Below are positions 56,909 to 64,000 of a stretch of 64,000 nt of DNA, piece after piece (position 1 is the stretch's first letter; each line of letters begins with the position of its first letter). The notes under the pieces are model-generated. The model had not been told where the DNA came from, made no database searches, and saw only the letters and a list, made by a program, of their open reading frames with translations. The stretch comes from Yuukianura sp. NJ FZ-2021 (taxonomy: Eukaryota): assembly GCA_046563655.1 (NCBI GenBank), contig CM102289.1, forward strand, positions 1,364,001 to 1,428,000, in the 5' to 3' direction. The translations under genes and the position numbers were made by a program.

Positions 56909-57591
56909 TTAAGTCCTCCAGAAATAGGGATTCGCTTGCAGACGTCTCTGAAAATTGTCGTACCAGCTCTTTATTAGATGGAGCGGAACGTATTCATTTC
57001 CATTTCCAGTATTAAAACTGGAAGCATAATTGAAGAAGTTCTCCAGCATTTTGTTAGAAAATTCCATGAAACTAGTCACATTCGATACGGCACTGGCGGT
57101 TACGGGGTTGAGCCTTCAATTGTTGCTAATGGTTCAATGGAAATCCCAATTTGAGCTACGAGTGACTCATTTCCGAATTGAGAGGTGGGCTGTCCAAAGT
57201 ACGTGGAAGATACTGGATTGACTTGGTCCGTTGTCTTTAGATTTGATATTTTGAATATCGCAGAGGGCTTTGTGTTGGTGATGTGTCCAAGTAGGCTCCA
57301 ATTGGCCTCACGGGTAGTTCGATCTGGGAGGTTAAAGTAGATTTGCCCACCGTATCCTGCTGGAAACGCCTGGGCACCAGTCAAGAATACCACTATATGA
57401 TTGATTTCATTCGTATTCGGTATTTCTATTACGCACTTGGTTTCATCAACTGGAACGAAATTCGTTTGTACCTGTGAAAACAAAAGTTTAGGTGTGATTT
57501 AGCATTTAAAATTTTGAAATCAAAGCTAGTTTTTAAAAATTTAAACTAAGTGTTGATTTACCATTCTTCCAGCTGCAATTAGTCCGAACAT
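56909..57591 (-). CDS. HIKESHI: Hikeshi/OPI10 homolog (two 1-nt homopolymer frameshifts in this sequence)
   Basis: MFGLIAAGRM|VQT..INHIVVFLTG..KPSAIFKIS..AQIGISIEP, continuing in a shifted frame as KMLENFFNYASSF..YVP..WYDNFQRRLQANP(YFWRT*). Confidence 0.92.
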
Positions 57592-58214
57592 TTCGGCACA
57601 TTAGAAGAGACGTTCTACAGAACTACTCAAAGTAATGCTAACGATAAGTAGATTGGTTAAAAATGATGTTGACTATCTCTTCTTTTAATTGATAATTGAT
57701 GAACTTGATTCCTGTCTATCTCGTGTTGTGTTATGTTTGTTGCCACTTTGTTGTAATGTTGCAACTTGTAAACACGTAAGGAATAACGATCTCGATTGTA
57801 ACCACAAGCTAAAGTCAATCGTGGAATTTCCTTTCGCTATAGTTACACATAAATGGTGGCAACTTGCGTACGTTTTGTAACCTGAAACCACTCTAAGTTG
57901 GCAACACACGTTGCTGCAGTTGCCGTAAATCGTTTTCAACACTGCGTGGTTACAATAATACTCGTCTAGCCTCCAACTTGTCTTGTATTTCTCTATTGGT
58001 CTGCTCTGTCCGATTTTTCCGAGTTTTCGTCAGCCCACTATCATCCAATTTTGGTTGCATTAAATTTTAATAACTTTCTGTGTAGCCATCGAATAAATGT
58101 GATCACTTGCGATACCGATGCGTAGGACGAAAAGTAATTAAATATTGATAATGAGATATTGGCGTCAGAAAATAATTATATAGTAAGATAGATTTTTATT
58201 TGGTTCCTTTTAGT

Positions 58215-58630
58215 GTTCTTGAGACGTTTGCTTGCCTACGATTTGCTGCGGAAGACTATTAATTCGACTTTGTCTGTCTGTCTGTCCGTCACGTTGTTAC
58301 GACCCTATCCACTAACACATATTACTGGTATGCACTTACATGTACTCTAGCATGTTTATACATGTTCACTATCATCTTTTTCGTTGCCTACATCATACTC
58401 TAATTGACGAGTGTTGCTCCCTCGGTCACAATGCTAATAGCATGGCCATGCAAACTATATGTGCAAAAAACTCTGTGTGTGGAAGAGTGGAACGATCCTG
58501 GGGTGTACCTTTTACAATGCTTCTCCAAGCACAGACTTCCATAAATTCCATCTCAACTCAGAAACCAAAAGGAGGGGGGGGGGTCTGGGGGGGCTTGCCC
58601 CCCCAGCCTTTACAATACATTTTCGATTCA
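58215..58630. mobile_element. Possible Helentron/DINE-1-like non-autonomous element
   Basis: Short leader followed by a (GTCT)nGTCC microsatellite at ~58272-58290 and a GGGGGG..CCCCCC hairpin at ~58586-58604; boundaries uncertain. Confidence 0.4.
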
Positions 58631-58631
58631 A

Positions 58632-58790
58632 CTAGACGGAACCCGTGATGCTTACACATCACGAAATTACCTTTAAGCACTAGGTCATACCTCGGGTCAA
58701 ACGAAAAAGCTAGCGGATTTTTGACAAAATGTTCAACATCATCCTTCCTTCATGTCATCGTGATGTGTAAACATCACGGGTTCCGTCTAG
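58632..58790. mobile_element. 160-bp element with two outward-facing Helitron-like 3' ends
   Basis: 34-bp inverted repeats 58631-58664 / 58758-58791 (one mismatch), each with hairpin CGTGATG-N6-CATCACG followed by GGTTCCGTCTAG|T. Confidence 0.7.
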
Positions 58791-60703
58791 TCTTCAAAAA
58801 ATGGAACCAGCTCACTGAACTTTGGTCTTTCAGAAGGTTCCAGAGCCCAACACTCTTGCATTTTGCTGTACCTAAAATTACATTAAAAATTTAACTTTGT
58901 TGTTCAAAATTTAACCTGAGTTGTAGCCAGGAATTATAAATTATTTGTTTGGCCAGCTCACATTTTATCCGACGCATGCGCAGGTTGAGCAGGGCGTTCA
59001 CCAGATTTCAGCTTTGATACAAACTCATTGTCCCAAGAGTATCCTTCAAATGGCCTAGTTCCCATTGAATAAATTTCCCACAGCGTAATTCCAAATGCCC
59101 AGACGTCAGATGCAGTCGAAAATTTCATAGACTCCAGACATTCTGGAGCTAGCCATCGCCATGGCAACGGTATTTGTTCGTCATATGTACTATAAAACGA
59201 GTCGTCACCTTCTAGTCTCCTGGCATTCCCAAAGTCAAAGATACGAATCGACATGTCCGAGGCTACCAGTATGTTTCGCAAAGCAACATCTCCATGGACG
59301 ACCTTAAGGAACCAAAAATTACGACATAGTTTTTTCAAAAATTGAAAAAATTTGATTTTGAAAAACACTCTACTTTTTTCTGTTCCAGGAATTCCATTCC
59401 TTGTGCAATTTGAAGTGACCAATCACACATCATTTTGTCGGTAATTAACATTAGAGGCTCTTCGTTGTCTTCGGGGAGATTGCTGTAGTAAATCACGGCA
59501 ATTAAAAAATGTTGAATAGTTTCAAAATTTCGACAAAAAAAAAAAATTTTTTTTGAAATTTTGTTACGTTTTTTTTTCTGTTTTCCTTACGCGTAGTCAG
59601 ATATGGTATCAGACAGTTCCGTAGCATGTTTGCTTTTTCTGAGTAGGTTGTCTAGCGTTCCTTTTGAACAAAGTTCCAGTACGACATAAACAACTTTTTC
59701 TTGTCGTACAAATGTCGTACATGCCCCTACCAGCCGAATGATGTTCGGATGCTGGCCAATGTAAATCAGCATTTTGATTTCGTTCATAAGCATTTTGTGC
59801 GTTTGAGCACGTTCATCCATGTAGGTTTCTTCTTGTTGTGTTTTGATAGCTACTGGTTCACAGTATTCATCAGAGTTCGTCAATCCTGTGAATCCTTTAT
59901 ATACTATGCCAAACGTTCCTTGACCTAAAACTTGGTCGCGTTCTAAAAAAAAATCAACAATCAACGTTCGTAATCCCAAATTTCTTTAAATTCTTCACAC
60001 GTATGCCAAAAAATTTGTTTCGTATGAACAAATTCAAAATATTTTCAAAAAGTAATTTTCGTTCCTTACGGATTTCTAAATCTTCAAATGGAATTTCATA
60101 AGCTTTGTCGTATGGTTCTTCTTCATATGTTTCGTTTGCGACGCCAGTCATAGGCTTCAACTTAAAACTCTCTTTTTCCGCATCACTTAAATTTGACCTT
60201 GAACTCTACAATATTATTCACATATTCACATATAATTCGCATATTATATGTCCATACAGTTATAGTTTTCAACAATATTTTATGGTTCAGGGTTCTACCG
60301 AACCTAATCCACGTACCTTGTACTTGTAGAGGAAATAGAATATTGCTGAGGCAGTACAAATTCCAAGAACGAAGCTTACAATTGCTATAACAACCACTGT
60401 TACGATTGATATGCTGCAATCTTCTCCGTTATACTGGTAGTCATCAGCACGTGAACCATCGTAACCAGTCATAGACGATTCTGCGTTGCCTATTTTTAAT
60501 ACATTAAAATGTAATATTATATTATGTTAATTTGTAATAGTTTATATGGTAATAGTAATAGTTTGTAATAGTTTTAAACTTATTAGTTTCATAGGCTTTG
60601 AAATGTCTTGTGTAGGGCCCAATCCCTGTGGCTTACAATGTCCAAACGGGACAAAAATTATGAAGGCTAAAATCGTAAAAGAATGGTTGAATCTTGAGCT
60701 CAT
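58787..60703 (-). CDS. PVR/VEGFR-like receptor tyrosine kinase with a very short ectodomain
   Basis: Signal peptide from ATG 60703; TM ISIVTVVVIAIVSFVLGICTASAIFYFLY; LPYD-like PYDKAYEIP; LGQGTFG; VAIK; HGDVALRN; DFG; LPWRWLAPE; SDVWAFG; CWALEPSERPKF. Confidence 0.9.
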
Positions 60704-61312
60704 ATTTTTTGAACAAATATTTTTCTGAATGAAAACAAAAGAATAATCCAAAATCCTCAAAAACTTCTGACTTTAAATAGGTTTTAGAATGCACAAGGAA
60801 GTAAAATTTAAATATCTTTTTTGACGTCATCCCACCGACAACTGCAAAACCACTGACAGGAATTGACGGTCAGATTTGCGTCCAGAGTCAAAAAATAGAA
60901 ATTTTGATTTTTGAGTTTGATTGAATTTGCTGAAAAATGACAAATGTTTGAAATTTGGAATTTTAGTTTTTGTTCTGACAAAGCTTTTAATTTCAAACTA
61001 ACGTAGTTAGATTTAATTCAAATAAATCGTCTGACACGATTTTCAATGCGCATGGTTACTGCATTTTTTGGAGTTTGGATGCACTGCAGAGGGGACTCTT
61101 TCAGTTTTAGTAGTCCCATGACAAAAGTGTTTCCTGTTCTAAAACGGATTCTGAATCACTCCAATGACTTCTTAAGAGAAAGGCGCATTGTTTTGTGAAT
61201 GTGGAAAAAGTCACAGTGTATTTCTGACCAAAAAAAAGTTTTCTTAACATAGCATTTAACTTTTTAAACTAGATTTAGAAATTTTAGTGTTTTTTTTTGC
61301 TACCACTTGAAA

Positions 61313-62912
61313 ATGGAGAATTGTAGGCAGAATTACTCAGAAAATGTGAACAGTTCAGCACACAGCGCCGGTCATGATTGTTACCCTAATCGAAATTTTG
61401 GACAAGAGCAAAATTTTTGTACTGGAATTGAAAGTGACAATAAAAATTTTTTTCCCGGTACAACAATATGTGAAAGAAGTTGTGCCTTTTCGCAATCACA
61501 ATTGAGTCAAAATTTGATCACACTCAAATCAGAGGTAACGTAAAAAAATATTTTTTTTTTCATAAGTAACATTTTTCAAAAAACAGAAACAACTTTTTTT
61601 TTATTAGAGTTACCTAATTCCTCCGTCTCACATGAGCGGCTGTTTAAAAATTCAGTATACTTTAAAAACTTCGTCAATTTTATCCATGCAAGACTAGTAA
61701 CAGTGGCAATTTTCAAAAAACAGACGAAAGCGACAACTTTGTTTCAAATTTTGGAAATAACAATAGTAAGTTGGTTTTTAAAATTTTGAATTTGACATAA
61801 TTGAGTATAGCTAAAACAATTTTTCGTTATGAACTTCCGCCGTTCCGTTATGGTTTGATGCACCGAAGTATTTCTGAGTAGCTGCACTTCTTATATTAAA
61901 TTTTTGCCTTTTGTTGCACAAGTGGTACTAAAGTACACTTTTATCAATTTAAATTTTGGAAATTTATGTTCGTAAAACCCGTTTTCAATTTGAATTTTTG
62001 AAATTGTATTTCTACTTGCCAAATCCAATCTCCTGAGTCGTAAATCACAAAGTCCCAATGGGATTCCAATAACAAATTTTTACTGCTACAAAATTAACGC
62101 TACAAAGTTATTAACTGCCGTCGAATTTCATCCTACTTAACGTCAAGTTAACTGTCGACTGAGGAAAATTGAATTCAAAACTGCAAATTCAATTCAAAAT
62201 TTCAGAAAAAACTATTTACGACTTTTTTTTAGGATGATGATGATTCGTTGTCCGGTGGCTCCAACTCAGGTGACGAACATGTTTTAGCACCTTCCGCTGA
62301 CATGCCGGACGAGCATCTTTCCAGAAAATGTTTACTGTGGGCATGCAAAGCTTGCAAACGCAAAAGTGTGCGAGTTGACCGAAGAAAACAAGCGACGCTG
62401 CGAGAGCGAAGACGTCTGAGAAGAGTAAATTTGAAATTGCCTTTTTTCAAATTCTTCAAAATTTAAAAAAAAAAGTGTTTAAAACCGGTTTTTGAGTTTC
62501 GGTCAACCTTTTTTGTTTTTGCTTTTGTTATCATGGGTATATGTGTCTGCACAAAAAAAATTCAGAATTTTTAAACTTAATAGACTAGAGTAAAATTCTA
62601 CCAAAATTTAAGTTTAAGTCAAAACATTCCTCAACTAAAAAGTGTTCAAATTTTGAAACTTTTTTGAAAACGTCTTTGTAGGTAAATGAGGCTTTTGAGA
62701 AGTTGAAACGCCGAACATGCAGTAATCCGGAACAGCGCCTTCCGAAAGTCGAAATTCTGCGAAGTGCAATCGAGTACATTGAAATTCTGGAGGAATTGCT
62801 TCATGGCTCATCAAATTCTGGAAATTCTGGAAGTTTTTCTATGCATAGCAAAGACTACCTTCGTCACAGTTCAAGTGGCACACCAATTTCTAACGAGAAT
62901 TCAATCATCCTG
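61313..62912 (+). CDS. nau: Myogenic bHLH factor MyoD/nautilus (3' end unresolved)
   Basis: Exons 61313-61534 (tentative), 62233-62424, 62682-62912. [69 protein letters not shown]. Confidence 0.95.
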
Positions 62913-64000
62913 GTAAGTTTTTCAAAAATTTCAAAATTCCTAACTTTCTTTTTCAAAAACATAAACAAATTCTTTTCCAAGGCATGCTAAATCCCATATT
63001 TACAAATTCTTACAAAAAGCTAAAAGAGGCTTTTGGAAAAGGTTTCGGAGGTGACAGTTTTAAGTTCGTTTGAAAATAATGTCAAGCATTAAGAATTTAA
63101 AATTTGTGCCAAAATGGTTCAAGATCCAGAAAAAAGGAGCTCTTAAGAGAAGTTTATGATTTATGTTTGTAGTTTTTTTTTTCAAAAGAAGCGGTTGAGG
63201 ATCAAGAGGCTGTTTATAAATCCCGCGATCCCTAATTTTGGTTTACGGTTCCGCTGAAACGAATCTTGATCTGGATTTTGAGAGTGGGAGTTTCGAAAAG
63301 GAAAAAGAGAAGCGACGTCTCCTTCATCATTATTCCCATTTGATAACATTTAAAACCTCTCTCGAAAAAGTTCCAGATGCAAAGACACTTTTTTTTTGGC
63401 TTGCATGCTCCGAAGACTTAGAAACAGAAAAGATCTGTTTAGATTATTTAAATTTTCCCACTGTGTTCGAAATTCAAATAATTTCGCAAGGTAAAGATAC
63501 CGCTAATTTTAGAGTTTTTGGAAGTGATGCGTAGCAGAGCAAAGGAAAAATATGAAAATGGAATGGATCCAAAATATTATATTCGGAAACACTCTCATTC
63601 CAAATCAAAAGCTGAATAGACTTCATTTAGGAATAAAAAATTTTGAAAAAAAAGCATTAAAAATTTGCAGCGTGAAAAAATTCCTTATGAAAACTAAACA
63701 GAAAAGATGCCAAGCAAATTCACAAACTTTCCAAGTAACAAAATTCTAAAATTTTATGAATTTGTTATCGTTTTTGTTTTTAGTCTCACTTTTTCTTTTT
63801 TGGATATTCGCTGCTAATACTTCTCAAATTTTAAATACATATTGTTTCAAGTAGTTTGTGTTGCATTTTCTTAAAAAGTTTGAAAAGTTTGAAAAATGAA
63901 CTGAAATCGGGAAGAGCCAAAAAGAAATTTGTGAGTGTTGTAGATTTTTGAGTGCGTCGGTTTGAAAAAATGTGTTTTTCAAAATTTGTAAAAACCTGAG

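Noticed and set aside
63189..63749. ORFs downstream of MyoD exon 3 as its last exon
   Set aside because: No recognisable MyoD helix III (SLxxLSxIV) motif; cannot be assigned.

Overview
Eukaryotic, AT-rich, intron-containing arthropod DNA. The intronless divergent ionotropic receptors, 3-exon GR/OR-like chemoreceptors and PVR-like kinase suggest a springtail-like hexapod (inference only). From left to right: (1) a Ty3/gypsy LTR retrotransposon running off the left edge, with gag, a -1 frameshift signal, an intact pol and two non-canonical accessory ORFs (a hydrophobic ORF upstream of gag and a splice-acceptor-preceded 403-aa disordered ORF where env normally sits), inserted into an ionotropic receptor gene; (2) three mosaic IR paralogs plus a fragment; (3) two 7TM chemoreceptor genes, the second broken by a TA-flanked MITE and followed by a Tc4/Tc5-like transposon inserted in its stop codon; (4) an allatotropin precursor, a CUB-domain gene and TMTC1-like; (5) an intronless 8-Cys secreted peptide gene with a fungal-like Cys pattern, lying between two direct copies of the RERG-like 3' end next to a young intact BEL/Pao retrotransposon; (6) RERG-like, clathrin light chain (with a 12-nt microexon), Hikeshi/OPI10, a PVR-like kinase with a tiny ectodomain whose stop codon comes from a Helitron-like end, and MyoD/nautilus. 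Several single-base homopolymer frameshifts look like assembly errors. All calls are by eye; no searches were run.
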